Assembly: GCA_963843515.1 (NCBI GenBank)
Contig: CAWJKH010000005.1
Span: 60,874-124,873 of the forward strand
Direction: 5' to 3'
Source: an uncultured Actinomycetota bacterium
Lineage (GTDB): Bacteria > Actinomycetota > Thermoleophilia > RBG-16-64-13
Length of the DNA stretch: 64,000 nt
The notes under the pieces were generated by a model. That model did no database searches and was not told the DNA's origin. It saw only the letters and a program-made list of their open reading frames with translations. The position numbers and the translations under genes were made by a program. Below, in pieces: positions 7,844 through 19,225 of this stretch; the stretch's first letter is position 1; each line of letters opens with the position of its first letter.

Positions 7844-9774
7844 TGATCGAGCTCAGACACATGCTCGAGCCTATTACGATAGGCAACGTGACCATCAAGA
7901 ACCGGTTTGTGGTTTCGCCGATGGTTATGAACTACTGCACCACCGACGGCCAGGCGACCGAGACCTACATCGCCTATCACGAGGCCCGGGCGAAGGGCGG
8001 ATGGGGCCTCATCATCACCGAGGACTACGCTGTCGACCCCGCCGCCAAGGCCTTCGTGGGCATCGGCGGCCTGTGGGACGACGCCCAGATACCCGGGCAC
8101 GCAGAACTCACGAAACGAGTGCATAAACATGGAGCAGTTGTCTTCTGCCAGATCTATCACGCCGGGCGGCAGGCCACGCGCGGCATTACCGGGGCCGACT
8201 CTGTCGCCCCCACCGCGCTCCCCTGCCCCTTCACGGGGCAGATGCCTCACGCGCTGACCACCGACGAGGTCGAGCAGATTGTTGAGGAGTTCGGTGACTG
8301 CGCGTTGCGGGCGAAGAAGGCCGGTTTCGACGGAGTGGAGGTGCACGGCGGGCACGGCTACCTGATCGCGCAGTTCATGTCGTCCTACTCGAACAAGCGT
8401 TTCGACAAATACGGCGGTAGCCTGCATAACCGCATGCGCCTCCCGTTGGCGATCATCGCCGATATCCGCGGGAAATGCGGTGATGACTTTCCCATTCAGT
8501 TCCGCATCTCCGCGGACGAATATGTGCCCGGCGGCAGGACCATCGAGGACACCAAAGCTCAGCTCTGGATGCTGGAGCAAGCGGGGGTGGACAGTTTCGA
8601 CGTGTCCATCGGTACCGATGGGAGTCACCATGTCATGGTCGCCGCTCCGGCGGCCGGCCACGGCTGGATGACCGATCACGCGGCGGCCGTTAAGAAGGTC
8701 GTGAGCAAACCCGTGTTCACGGTCGGACGCATAAACGATGCCCTCATTGCGGAATCGGTGGTAGCCAGCGGCAAGGCCGATGGGGTGGCCATGGGACGAG
8801 GCTCGCTTGCGGACCCGGAGTTGCCTAACAAAGCCAGGGAAGGCCGCTTCGAGGACATCATCCAGTGCACCGGCTGCATGCAGGGGTGCGAGAGTCGCGT
8901 GATCGCCCAACTGCCCGTGCGCTGCACGATGAACCCGCGTACAGGTAGAGAGATCGAGTTCGCCATCACACCGGCGCCCGAGAAGAAGAAGGTCTTTGTC
9001 GCGGGAGGCGGCCCGGCCGGGATGGAGGCAGCCATCGTCGCTGCGCAGCGTGGCCACGACGTGACCTTGTTCGAGAAGACTGACCGGCTCGGAGGCCAGT
9101 TCTACCTCGCCTCCGTTCCGCCCTTCAAAGGCGAGATCTCGTCGTTCCTCGCCTGGCAGCTCCACACGATGCAGAAGCTCGGCGTGAAGGTGGCCATCAG
9201 AGCGCCGCTGACGGCTGACATGGTCAAAGAGCAGAAGCCCGACGCCGTGATCGTGGCCACGGGCAGCGTGCCGGCGGCCATCCCGATCTCCGGGCTTGAC
9301 CGAGCGTTCGTGACCACGGCTCAGGATGTGCTCGAAGGGAAGGTCTCGGTCGGCGGGAAGGTGGCGGTCATCGGTGGCGGCATGATTGGCTGCGAGACCG
9401 CGAACCACCTGGCGCATCACGGGACGAAGCCGACCATCATCGAGATGCTATGCGAGTTGGCCGGCGAAGAACCGCTGGCGATCAAACGTATCCTCTTCCA
9501 GTCGCTGAAGGAAAGAGAAGTAGATATCTACTGCGACTCCACGGTGACCGGAATCCGGGAAGACGGTTCGATCGAGGTCGTCAAGGATGGCGAGCATAAG
9601 GTATTGGGACCCTTCGACAGCGTGGTCCTGGCCGGTGGGATGCGGCCCGTCAACGCCTTGGTGGCCGAGCTGAAGGGGCTTGTTGGCAACCTGCAAGCCG
9701 TGGGAGACGCGAACGGCGTCCGGACGGCGTTGGAGGCTCTGGAAGAAGGGTACGAAGCCGGTCTCAGTATTTAG
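7840..9774 (+). CDS. Second NADH:flavin oxidoreductase (OYE + 4Fe-4S + FAD)
   Basis: IKNRFVVSPM, QIYHAGRQ, HGGHGYL, CTGCMQGC...C, GGGPAG, GGGMIG. Overlaps the previous stop codon. Confidence 0.92.
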   Translation: MMIELRHMLEPITIGNVTIKNRFVVSPMVMNYCTTDGQATETYIAYHEARAKGGWGLIITEDYAVDPAAKAFVGIGGLWDDAQIPGHAELTKRVHKHGAVVFCQIYHAGRQATRGITGADSVAPTALPCPFTGQMPHALTTDEVEQIVEEFGDCALRAKKAGFDGVEVHGGHGYLIAQFMSSYSNKRFDKYGGSLHNRMRLPLAIIADIRGKCGDDFPIQFRISADEYVPGGRTIEDTKAQLWMLEQAGVDSFDVSIGTDGSHHVMVAAPAAGHGWMTDHAAAVKKVVSKPVFTVGRINDALIAESVVASGKADGVAMGRGSLADPELPNKAREGRFEDIIQCTGCMQGCESRVIAQLPVRCTMNPRTGREIEFAITPAPEKKKVFVAGGGPAGMEAAIVAAQRGHDVTLFEKTDRLGGQFYLASVPPFKGEISSFLAWQLHTMQKLGVKVAIRAPLTADMVKEQKPDAVIVATGSVPAAIPISGLDRAFVTTAQDVLEGKVSVGGKVAVIGGGMIGCETANHLAHHGTKPTIIEMLCELAGEEPLAIKRILFQSLKEREVDIYCDSTVTGIREDGSIEVVKDGEHKVLGPFDSVVLAGGMRPVNALVAELKGLVGNLQAVGDANGVRTALEALEEGYEAGLSI

Positions 9775-9822
9775 ACTCGCCAGCGGGACATCGCCAAGAA
9801 GACCCGCGGGAGGGAGCTAAGG

Positions 9823-11163
9823 ATGGTTGCGGAGAGGCGGAGTGTGAGTGCCGAAGGTAAGATGGACCGGCGTTTCGCCAGCTGGCTGGATCCGGGCTGC
9901 ACGTTCGTGAGTGAGGAAGCCCAAAAGGCCTACGTGGCGCGGGTAACGCGATTGACCGCTGCCATGCGTCTCCGGACCGTGCCGGACCGTGTTCCCGTCC
10001 CTTTGGCGACGGCGGAGGGCTACCCGGCCCATCGCCGCGGGCTGAGCCAGTACGACGGCATGCACGACTTCGGTCCCGCTGCGGAAGCATTCATCGATTT
10101 CACCCTGGCCTTTCAGCCTGACGCCATGGTCGCCCCGCTGTTTGCCACGCTTCCCGCGAAGGTCTTTCAGTCGGTCGGATACGAACTGTTCCTGATGCCC
10201 GGGTACGGGGTGCCCAAAGACTCGTACTATCAGTTCAATGACAGGGAGTGGATGCTCCCCGAGGAGTACGACTCGTTCATCGCAGACCCCTCGGACTACC
10301 TGCTTCGAACGTATCTTCCGCGAATAGCCACCGGTCTCAAGGGTTTCTCCAAACTGGGCACCGTGCTCGACCCGGCCATGATTATCTCTTCCATGGGCTT
10401 TTTTGCCAGTTGGGCAGACCCGGAGGTGCAGGCGAGCCTTGAGAGACTGCTCGCGGCGGGGAGAGAGGCACAGGCTTGGTTCGGCAAGCTGGGTCAAGTG
10501 ATAGGTCGACTCCTGAGCGAGGGCTTCCCGCCTTTCTTCCCGAACGCCACGTTCGCGCCCTTCGACTACCTGGGGGATAGCCTCCGCGGGACAAGGCCGA
10601 TCCTGATGGATATGTTCCGGTGTCCCGATAAGGTCATCGCCGCCTGCGATCGGCTGGTCCCCCTGATGGTTCGCTGGGTCACGGAGAAGACGAACCCCGA
10701 CAGCTACCCCGGCGTCTTCATTCCCCTCCACAAAGGGGCGGACGGCTTCATGAGCGACGACCAGTTCCGGACCTTCTATTGGCCGTCTTTGCTCAAGGTC
10801 ATCCATGGCCTCAACGACGAGGGCTTCATGCCTGTGCTCTTTGCCGAAGGGGCCTATGGCTCGCGTCTGGAGACGCTCGCCGCTGATCTGCCTCGGGCAA
10901 AGACCGTATGGTACTTTGATCGTACCGACATGGCCCGTGCGAAGAAGACCGTCGGCAAGGTGGCCTGCATCCAGGGGAATGTGCCGCTTTCCCTCTTGCA
11001 CGCCGGAACTCCCGAGCAGGTGACCAGGTACTGTCGCAATCTGATCGAGACGGCCGGGCCCGGCGGCGGTTTTATCCTTGACGTGGGCGCGGTGATGCAC
11101 CAGGGCAACGACGAGAATCTCCGGGCCATGATTCAGGCAGTGCTCGATTACGGCGTCTACTGA
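9823..11163 (+). CDS. Uroporphyrinogen decarboxylase (URO-D/MtaA) superfamily protein
   Basis: PDRVPV, APFDYLGDSLRG, FMSDDQFRTFYWP, CIQGNVP, GTPEQV, GGGFIL motifs. Confidence 0.8.
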   Translation: MVAERRSVSAEGKMDRRFASWLDPGCTFVSEEAQKAYVARVTRLTAAMRLRTVPDRVPVPLATAEGYPAHRRGLSQYDGMHDFGPAAEAFIDFTLAFQPDAMVAPLFATLPAKVFQSVGYELFLMPGYGVPKDSYYQFNDREWMLPEEYDSFIADPSDYLLRTYLPRIATGLKGFSKLGTVLDPAMIISSMGFFASWADPEVQASLERLLAAGREAQAWFGKLGQVIGRLLSEGFPPFFPNATFAPFDYLGDSLRGTRPILMDMFRCPDKVIAACDRLVPLMVRWVTEKTNPDSYPGVFIPLHKGADGFMSDDQFRTFYWPSLLKVIHGLNDEGFMPVLFAEGAYGSRLETLAADLPRAKTVWYFDRTDMARAKKTVGKVACIQGNVPLSLLHAGTPEQVTRYCRNLIETAGPGGGFILDVGAVMHQGNDENLRAMIQAVLDYGVY

Positions 11164-11225
11164 GAACACACATCCTCGGCCCCGGTCCGCGCCGACGGCC
11201 CGTCTGAAACGATGGTGAATCGCCC

Positions 11226-11882
11226 GTGTACACGCTGAGGCTCTATCACGACTCCTACGCCCCGGACTCGGTGACGGAGGAGGACCTCGAGGCGCAGCAC
11301 AGCATCGCCTACGTGCTCAAAGGCAGGCCCAACATCAATGGCCAGACGGTCGAGCGCGATACGGCCGTCTATTGCAGGGACGTCACCTCGGTGGAGGCCG
11401 GGCCGGACGGCGCCGTGATTTGGCGCTGGGAGTTGGTGCGCACCGACGAGCCCAACAACGTCGCCTGGGGCGATGGGGTGGCGTCGCGGCCACGTATGTC
11501 ACGACGCGTCCGCATGTTCGAGCTGGTGCCCACCTCCAAGTGGCTCTTCCGCTTGGACTGCATCTACAACAACCGAGGCAGCACGGGGCTGCATTCGCAT
11601 CCCGGTTCCGGTATTCGCTGCATGCTTCAGGGTCATCTGCGGGTGGAGTCCGACAAAAGCGAGTCGTCCGACAATCGCTTCACCGGCGACTGTTGGTACG
11701 AGGAAGGGAGCTACCCCCTTATCTCCACGTCCGATCCTGGCGAGACCGCTGACTTCCTGCGGGGTATGGTGCTACCTCCGGAGTACGAGCGCATTCCCGA
11801 CACAGCGGTCTGGATCGGGGGCAAGAAGTCCTGCGAGTCCGAGTGGAAGAGCTACGTCCAGACCGTAATCACACTTTTGTAG
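11226..11882 (+). CDS. Cupin-like hypothetical protein
   Basis: GLHSHPGSGIRCMLQG metal-binding cupin motif and GDCWYE second motif. The N-terminal half also looks beta-rich. Confidence 0.6.
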   Translation: MYTLRLYHDSYAPDSVTEEDLEAQHSIAYVLKGRPNINGQTVERDTAVYCRDVTSVEAGPDGAVIWRWELVRTDEPNNVAWGDGVASRPRMSRRVRMFELVPTSKWLFRLDCIYNNRGSTGLHSHPGSGIRCMLQGHLRVESDKSESSDNRFTGDCWYEEGSYPLISTSDPGETADFLRGMVLPPEYERIPDTAVWIGGKKSCESEWKSYVQTVITLL

Positions 11883-11944
11883 AATTGCCACCGGCATCCG
11901 CCGTGTATCAACATGGTGGCCGTCACCGACACTGGGAGGCGGCC

Positions 11945-12206
11945 ATGGCCGGCAGCAGGTGGGACGAGTACATCGTGACGGAACCCAAGTTCCTCACCGA
12001 GATGGCGCATCACGACTTCCGCGATGTCTCCGGGTTCACCTTCCCCGACGAGGTGTACCTCGATAAGGAGCTTCTCGCGGAGGCGAACCACTACCACCGC
12101 CATCTACGTGCCCGGAGGGGTGCCCCACGGCCCCCTGGTCTACACCCGGGTGGATCGGCCCATCCTCAACATCGCGATCGGCCTGCAGGCTGGAGACTAC
12201 GAGTAA
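11945..12206 (+). pseudogene. Internally deleted, frameshifted cupin-type gene remnant
   Basis: RBS GGGAGG then MAGSRWDEYIVTEPK...EAN in one frame, switching near 12090 to TTAIYVPGGVPHGPL...GDYE* (cupin motif 2). Cupin motif 1 is missing. Confidence 0.6.
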
Positions 12207-12289
12207 CGCGCGTATCCGGGCGTCCTTCCGCGGCGCCGACTGGGGTGGTAGGGGTTTCATCGCCTCGGTCGTCATGGGATAGTGCCGGT

Positions 12290-12892
12290 ATGGCATCGAA
12301 CGAGACGATCAGCTCCATCCATCGCCGCCGTAGCGTACGGCTGTTCACGGACCAGCCGGTACGCGACGAGGACCTCATGGCCATGCTGGAAGCGGCGAAC
12401 CAGGCGCCCTCAGCGCACAACCAGCAGAACTGGCGCTTCATCGTGCTGCGGGAAAGGCGTAAGGCGGGACTTGCCGAGCTCATCACCGACCGAGCCGGCG
12501 ATTTCCCCCGTCCCTCGTCGACCCTCCTCCGCATGGCGGCGCGGAGCATCGTGAGCGCTCCCGTGGTCGTGGGGGTGGCGAACACGGGCGAACTGATCCG
12601 GCGGGGTGACGAGCTGTTCCAGGTCGACCGAGGAAAGGCGCACGACTTCTTCCGCACCATGGAGATCCAGAGCTCGGCCGCCGCCGTGGAGAACCTTCTC
12701 CTTGCCGCGACCGCGTTGGGGATAGGCTCGGTGTGGCTGGGGATCCTGTACCTCATCAAGCGCGAGGTGCGCGAGTTCCTCGGCGAGACCGACGGGGAGT
12801 TCATGGCCGTGGTCGCTCTGGGCTACCCGGTGAGGACCACCGAGGGCCCTCACAAGCGCCCTCTGGAGGCGGTCGTCCGGTATCTCGACTGA
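12290..12892 (+). CDS. Nitroreductase family protein
   Basis: IHRRRSVRLF, APSAHNQQNWRF, AAVENLLLAATALGIGSVW, LGYP motifs. Confidence 0.9.
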   Translation: MASNETISSIHRRRSVRLFTDQPVRDEDLMAMLEAANQAPSAHNQQNWRFIVLRERRKAGLAELITDRAGDFPRPSSTLLRMAARSIVSAPVVVGVANTGELIRRGDELFQVDRGKAHDFFRTMEIQSSAAAVENLLLAATALGIGSVWLGILYLIKREVREFLGETDGEFMAVVALGYPVRTTEGPHKRPLEAVVRYLD

Positions 12893-12956
12893 AGGGCCGG
12901 CCGTCGCAGCGGGCGTCTGGCTTCTGCGCCGCGTCCTGCGGTGGCAGCCGGACGGG

Positions 12957-13703
12957 CTACACCTCGTTCAGCCGGTAGCCCACTCCCTGCTCGGTCACCA
13001 GGTATCGCGGGTCCGCCGGGTCGTCCTCGAGCTTCTTCCTCAGACTGGCTACGTAGATCCGCAGGTAGTGGGACTGCGCGCTGCTGCTGAGGCCCCAGAC
13101 CTCGCGGAGCAGGAATCCGTGAGTGAGCACCTTGCCGGCGTGGCGGACGAAGACGGCCAGCAGGCGGTATTCGATGGGCGTCAGATGGACCACGTGGCCC
13201 TTGACCGTCACCGTCCGCCTGGCCAGGTCGACCGAGATGTCGCCGGTCTGGAAACGGGCGGTCTCCTCGCTCCCGGCTTCTCGCAGGGCGGATGCGTGCC
13301 TGAGAGACACGGCGATGCGGGCGAGCAACTCAGGGATCCCGAACGGTTTGGTCACGTAGTCGTCGGCGCCTGAATCCAGTGCCGCCACTTTGGCGGCCTC
13401 CTGCCCGCGGGCCGACAAGATGATGACCGGCACCTGCGACCACTCCCTGACATTCTCGAGGAGTGTCATCCCGTCCATGTCGGGGAGGCCTAGGTCCAGC
13501 AGTATCAGATCGGGCGGCAGGGCCAGGATGGCGTCCAGACCCGTCTGCCCAGTATCGGCCTCGGTCACCCGATACCCCCGACTGGACAGGGCCGTGCGGA
13601 GAAAGTGACGCATGGGGGTGTCGTCTTCGATCACCAGGATCCTCGCCGCCAGTGAGGATGGTGCGGCTCCCGGGCTTCCGACGATCGGCTCGGCCGGATT
13701 CAT
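12957..13703 (-). CDS. kdpE: Two-component response regulator KdpE
   Basis: ILVIEDD, LDLGLPDMDG, GADDYVTKPF receiver domain and OmpR-type wHTH (HYLRIYV, TEQGVGYR). Its ATG overlaps the corrected kdpD stop (ATGA). Confidence 0.92.
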   Translation of the reverse strand: MNPAEPIVGSPGAAPSSLAARILVIEDDTPMRHFLRTALSSRGYRVTEADTGQTGLDAILALPPDLILLDLGLPDMDGMTLLENVREWSQVPVIILSARGQEAAKVAALDSGADDYVTKPFGIPELLARIAVSLRHASALREAGSEETARFQTGDISVDLARRTVTVKGHVVHLTPIEYRLLAVFVRHAGKVLTHGFLLREVWGLSSSAQSHYLRIYVASLRKKLEDDPADPRYLVTEQGVGYRLNEV

Positions 13704-16406
13704 GCCGTTTCCTCTCCTTCTTCTGGGGGGAGAGAGGGCGCTGACTCGTCCAGCGGGAGGCTGAACGCGAAGACGGCCCCTCCACCCGGCCGGTTGCGGG
13801 CCCAGATCGTTCCCCCGATGGGCCTCAACTATCGCCTGGGCGATCGGCAGGCCGAGACCGGCTCCCCGCCCGCCGTGTTTGGACGCGGTACCCCGGTACA
13901 GCTTCTCGAACACCTGGTCGCGCTCGGCCTCAGTCAGCCCCGGGCCCCGGTCGGCGACCTCGACCGCCACGTTACGATCGTCCACATGAGCCGAGATCTC
14001 GAGAGGGGAGCCCGCCGGCGAATACTTGAGCGCGTTATCGATGAGGTTGAACAGCACCTGCTCGATCAGCACCCCGTCCAGGGGTACCAGCGGCAGATCG
14101 CCAGGGATCCGTTTGGTGATCTCTCGGCCCGCGGTCTCATCGCGCAGTCTGACGAGGGTCGACCCCACCACGTCGTCGAGCGGGAACCATTCCTTGTCCA
14201 CGACGATGGCCCCCGATTCGAGCCGGGTCATACTCAGAAGGTTCTCCACCAACCGGGTCAGACGGTTGGCCTCGTCGTATATGTCCGAGAGGAGGGCGTT
14301 CCGGGTGGCGGTATCGGCGGCGTCACCCATCTCGAGAAGCGTACTCGTGGTACCTGCTATGACGGCCAGCGGCGTGCGCAGATCGTGGGAGACCGAGCTT
14401 AGGAGGGAGCTGCGGGTCCTCTCGGTCTCGGCTTCCACCAGTGCGTAGCGGTGCTGCTCGGCCAACTGATCGCGCTCGATGGCAATCCCGATGAGCCCGG
14501 CCACCGTCTCCAGCAACTGCCGGTTCTCGGGAGACAGCAAGAAGCGGCTTCGGGGTGGATTGACGGCGAGCACACCCACGGTCGCCTGGGGGGTCGAGAG
14601 GGGGACGTAGGTGGCGATCGCATCGGGGAGCGTGTCCGTGCCGTTGCCGGCCATCTGCCCGTGCTCGAACGACCAGGTGGCCACGGCGATCTCGTGCTCG
14701 GTGCCGGCCTTCTCGTCGCCGGACACGACGGGTTCGAGGAGGGACCCATGCGGCAGATAGACGTTCACGGCCCCGCCAAAGATCGTCGCCACTTCGCGCT
14801 GCGCGGCGACGGCCAGCTGATGCGACCCCGACACGCCTGACAGAGCCCGGCTCAACCTATACAAGACGTCGAGTCTTCGCTCGCGCGCCCGCGAGGTCCT
14901 CACCTGGCGGCGCAACCGGGCCGCGAGGGTCCCCACCAGGAGGGCGACCGCGAGGAACACCACCAGTGTGAGCAGATACTGGACGTCGCGGACGGCGAAC
15001 GTGTAGTAAGGCGGGACGAAGAAGAAGTCGAAGGCCAGGACCGAGGCGACCGCGGCGAGGATCCCAGGCCATAGGCCCCACCAGACCGCCGCCAGGACCA
15101 CCGCGGGCAGGAAGACGACCGCTTTGTTCGCCTCCGACAAGCCTCCCAAGTGCAGCAGGAGGGCTACGACACCGGCCAGGAAAACGAGGCCCAGGGCTGC
15201 GGCGTAGGGCCGCCACGCCGGGCTCGGGCGGGCGAGGGGCCTGGGGGAAGCGGCGACCTCGGCTAGGCCCTGGATGACATAGATGTCCATCTCGCCGCTT
15301 CGTCTCAGCAACTGATCGACGATGGTCGGCCTTATGATGCTCCGCCAGCGAAGCTCTCGAGATTTGCCGATGACTATCCGGGTGACGTTCTGAGAGCGGG
15401 CGTAGTCGAGGATCTCCCCGGCGGCGTCGTCGCCGGTCAGCGCCACCGTTTCGGCGCCGAGCTGCTCTGCCAGTCGGATGTTCGCCATTAGTGTGATCCG
15501 CTGCGCCTCGCCCAGGCTCCGGGTGCGGTTGGTCTCTACGCTCGCGGCGATCCAGCGGGCGCTGATCGAAGCGGCCATCCGTTTGGACACTCGGATGACC
15601 TTGGCCGATGTGGGGCTGGGCCCGATGCACACCAGCAGCGTCTCGGAGATGCGCCAGGTCTGCTGTCGATCTCCAGCGGTAAGGCGCGCCGTCTCCAAAT
15701 GTACGTGGGTTCGATCGGCTGTGCGCCGGAGGGCGATCTCTCTGAGGGCTCCGAGGTTCGGTCCTTTGAAGAAGCCCTCCATCGCCTGGGCGGCCTGCGC
15801 GGGCAGGTAGACCTTGCCTTGGCGTAGGCGCTCGCGAAGCTCTCCGGGCGGTAGGTCGACGATCTCGACAGAATCGGCCTCGTCGAAGATGCTGTCCGGG
15901 ACGGTTTCTCTGACCTGGATGCCGGTGGTCTCGCGGACGACGTCGTTGAGGCTCTCGAGGTGCTGGACGTTGAGGGTCGCATAGACGCTTATCCCGGCGG
16001 TGAGCAGCTCCTCCACGTCCTGCCAGCGCTTGGGGTGGCGGAGCCCGGGCGCGTTCGTATGGGCCAATTCGTCAACGAGGACGATTTCGGGGTGCCGAGC
16101 GAGGGCGGCATCGAGATTGAGTTCGCGAAGGGTGATGCTGCGATGGTCGATCTCCAGGACGGGAAGATCCTCCAAGCCCTCCAAGAGGGCGTTGGTCTCG
16201 GGCCGGTCGTGCGTCTCGACGTAGCCCACCACCAGATCGACCCCCGCCGCGGCCTGTCGCTGGGCCGCCTCGAGCATGGCGTACGTCTTTCCGACGCCGG
16301 CCACATAGCCGAAGAAGATCTTGAGCTTGCCGCGCCCCGAGCGGCGCTCCTCCTCGTGGAGCTGTCGCAGAAGGCTATCCGGGTCGGGACGCTCGGGCTC
16401 CCGCAT
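13700..16406 (-). CDS. kdpD: Sensor histidine kinase KdpD, one extra base near 13815
   Basis: GKLKIFFG..GVGKTYAML, VDELAHTN, USP, 4 TM, GAF, SHDLRTPL, NALKY, GAGLGL. Removing one base restores AHGGTIWARNRPGGGAVFAFSLP...ETA*. Confidence 0.92.
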
Positions 16407-16436
16407 GACCCCCCTCCCTGGTGGATGCCGGCGGCA

Positions 16437-17099
16437 CTATTTGTGTAGCGTGTCGAGCGCGAGGTTCAGCTCGAGGACGTTCACTCTCGGTTCCCCGAGG
16501 AAACCAAGCTGCCGGCCTCTAGTGTACTTCTGGACGAGAGCACGTACGGCGTCGTTGGACACGCTCCGCGCCCGGGCTACCCGCGGCACCTGATACTCCG
16601 CCGCCGCTGGGCTGATGTCGGGATCGAGCCCGCTCCCGGAGGCCGTCACCAGATCGATGGGGACCGCCGCGGTGTTGCCGGGATCGGCGGCCCGGAGCGC
16701 GGCGATACGGTCGACGATAGCCGTGAGTAAAGCCGGGTTCGTGGGGCCGAGATTGGAGCCGCTCGAGGCCCCCCCATTATAAGGGAAGGGGGAGGTGGCC
16801 GACGGCCGAGACCAGAAGTAGCCCGGCTCGCTGAAGGGCTGCCCGATCAGGGCGGAACCAACTATCTTCCCGTCCGGGGTGATGAGGCTCCCGTTGGCCT
16901 TCTGGTGGAAGAACGCCTGGCCGATTCCCGTGATGAAGAGTGGGTAGACGATGCCGACCAGGACCGCCAGGGCTATGAGGAGCACCATGGCCCGTCTGGC
17001 CTGCGCCGCGTACCCCCGGATGCGGTCCGCGCGCCCGCCCGGCTCCACGGCCTCGGGCGAGGATTGCATCGCGATCTCTCTTTCTGTGTCCTCAGGCAT
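16437..17099 (-). CDS. kdpC: K+-transporting ATPase subunit C
   Basis: [51 protein letters not shown]. Confidence 0.95.
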   Translation of the reverse strand: MPEDTEREIAMQSSPEAVEPGGRADRIRGYAAQARRAMVLLIALAVLVGIVYPLFITGIGQAFFHQKANGSLITPDGKIVGSALIGQPFSEPGYFWSRPSATSPFPYNGGASSGSNLGPTNPALLTAIVDRIAALRAADPGNTAAVPIDLVTASGSGLDPDISPAAAEYQVPRVARARSVSNDAVRALVQKYTRGRQLGFLGEPRVNVLELNLALDTLHK

Positions 17100-17113
17100 C
17101 CGGTTGTCGCTCC

Positions 17114-19225
17114 CTAGGCCACGTGGAGGGCGGTCAGAATGAGGTCGATGATCTTGATCCCCACGAACGGCACGATAAGGCCGCCCAGCCCGTAGATCGC
17201 CAGGTTGTTCCGCAAGAGAAGGCTCGCCGGCAGCGGCCGGTACTTCACGCCACGCAGGGCCAGAGGGATGAGCATGACGATGATGATCGCGTTGAAGATC
17301 ACCGCGGAGAGTATGGCGCTCGTCGGTGAATGCAGGCGCATGACGTTGAGGGTGTTGAGCTCAGGATACGTGGCTGCAAAGGCCGCCGGGATGATGGCGA
17401 AGTACTTGGCGATGTCGTTCGCGATGCTGAACGTGGTGAGCGAGCCCCGGGTCATGAGGGTCTGCTTGCCAATATGTACGATCTCCAGCAGCTTGGTGGG
17501 ATTCGAGTCGAGGTCCACCATGTTGCCCGCCTCTTTGGCGGCCTGGGTGCCGGTATTCATGGCTACGGCCACGTCTGCCTGGGCGAGGGCCGGCGCGTCA
17601 TTGGTCCCATCGCCTGTCATCGCGACCAGATGCCCTCCCGTCTGATACTCGCGGATGAGCTTGAGCTTGGCCTCCGGCGTTGCCTCGGCCAGAAAGTCAT
17701 CCACCCCCGCCTCCGCGGCGATGGAGGCGGCGGTGACCGGGTTGTCTCCGGTGATCATGACCGTCCGGATGCCCATGCGTCGGAGATCCTGGAACCGTTC
17801 GCGGATGCCGCCTTTGACGATGTCCTTGAGGAAGATCACCCCCAGGACTCGCCCGCCGTCGGCGACCACCAGGGGCGTTCCTCCCTGCTTGGCCACGCTC
17901 TGCACGGCGGTCTGTACCTGCGACGACAATGACCCGCCCCGTTCCGCGACGAAGGCTTCAACGGCATCGGCTGCTCCCTTGCGGATCTCCCGGCCGTCGA
18001 AGTCAGCCCCGCTCATGCGGGTCTGGGCGGTGAAGGGTACGAAGGTCGCGTTCAACTCGCTTAGTTCCCGGCCTCTCAGGCCATACTGCTTCTTCGCTAG
18101 GACCACGATGCTTCTGCCCTCGGGGGTCTCGTCGGCCAGAGAGGCAAGCTGAGCGGCATCCGCCAGCTCCGCCATGTCCACGCCGGGGGCAGGGACGAAT
18201 TCCGCTGCCTGCCGGTTGCCCAGAGTGATGGTGCCCGTCTTGTCGAGAAGAAGGACGTCGACATCGCCGGCTGCTTCCACAGCTCGTCCCGACATCGCGA
18301 CGACATTCGCCTCGCTCAGCCGGTTCATGCCGGCGATCCCGATCGCCGAGAGAAGGGCGCCGATAGTGGTGGGGGCCAGGCAGACAAGGAGGGCGGCGAG
18401 CACGGCGACAGACACCACGTCCCCCTTGCCGGCTATCTGCACACTGAACGCCGACATGGGACGAAGGGCGATAACCACGACGAGGAAGATGATGGTCAGG
18501 CCGGCTAGGAGGATGTTGAGGGCGATCTCGTTGGGCGTCTTTTGGCGCTTGGCGCCTTCGACCATGGCGATCATCCGGTCGAGGAAGGTCTCCCCGGGCT
18601 CGGTGGTCACCCGCACGATCAGCCAGTCGGAGAGCACTCTTGTCCCACCGGTGACTGCGCTGCGGTCGCCCCCGCTCTCGCGGATGACCGGGGCGCTCTC
18701 GCCGGTGATGGCGCTCTCGTCCACGGAGGCGGCCCCGACGATCACCTCGCCGTCGGCGGGGATCAGCTCACCGGTGTCGACCAGCACTATGTCGCCTCGC
18801 CTGAGCAGGCCGGAAGCGACGCTCTGGGAACTGGCGCCGCGCTGCGGTGCCGACAGCTTGTGGGCTAGCACCTCCTGGCGCGCTTTGCGCAGGGTCTCGG
18901 CCTGTGCCCGTCCTCTGCCCTCGGCCAAGGCCTCAGCGAAGTTGGCGAAAATCACCGTGAACCACAAAAGCAGAGAGATGGCCAGGGTGAATCCGGCCGA
19001 CCCTTCTTGCATGCCGGCGAGCGACTCGAAGAAGAAGACGAGAGTGAGCAAGGCGCCCACCCAAACGACGAACATGACCGGATTGCGCACCTGCACCCGA
19101 GGGTCCAGCTTGCGGAACGAGTTCGCCACGGCCTCGAGAATCATGCGGCGGTCGTAGGAGGGCCGCCTGGGCCCCCGGGGGTGGAGGTGCTCGGCTTCGC
19201 TCAGTATGGGCGCCGTCTCGTCCAT
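17114..19225 (-). CDS. kdpB: K+-transporting P-type ATPase subunit B
   Basis: [33 protein letters not shown]. Start coupled to the kdpA stop (TAATG at 19227-19223). Confidence 0.96.
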   Translation of the reverse strand: MDETAPILSEAEHLHPRGPRRPSYDRRMILEAVANSFRKLDPRVQVRNPVMFVVWVGALLTLVFFFESLAGMQEGSAGFTLAISLLLWFTVIFANFAEALAEGRGRAQAETLRKARQEVLAHKLSAPQRGASSQSVASGLLRRGDIVLVDTGELIPADGEVIVGAASVDESAITGESAPVIRESGGDRSAVTGGTRVLSDWLIVRVTTEPGETFLDRMIAMVEGAKRQKTPNEIALNILLAGLTIIFLVVVIALRPMSAFSVQIAGKGDVVSVAVLAALLVCLAPTTIGALLSAIGIAGMNRLSEANVVAMSGRAVEAAGDVDVLLLDKTGTITLGNRQAAEFVPAPGVDMAELADAAQLASLADETPEGRSIVVLAKKQYGLRGRELSELNATFVPFTAQTRMSGADFDGREIRKGAADAVEAFVAERGGSLSSQVQTAVQSVAKQGGTPLVVADGGRVLGVIFLKDIVKGGIRERFQDLRRMGIRTVMITGDNPVTAASIAAEAGVDDFLAEATPEAKLKLIREYQTGGHLVAMTGDGTNDAPALAQADVAVAMNTGTQAAKEAGNMVDLDSNPTKLLEIVHIGKQTLMTRGSLTTFSIANDIAKYFAIIPAAFAATYPELNTLNVMRLHSPTSAILSAVIFNAIIIVMLIPLALRGVKYRPLPASLLLRNNLAIYGLGGLIVPFVGIKIIDLILTALHVA

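Noticed and set aside
11843-12892. 349-aa ORF fusing a cupin-like N-terminus to a nitroreductase
   Set aside because: Chance read-through from the broken cupin gene across intergenic DNA. The nitroreductase starts at 12290.
12957-16406. Apparent 1149-aa KdpD-KdpE fusion protein
   Set aside because: One extra base near 13815 causes it. The corrected frame restores the HATPase end (AHGGTIWA...FSLP) and a TGA overlapping the kdpE ATG, which has its own SD. Most likely a sequencing indel.
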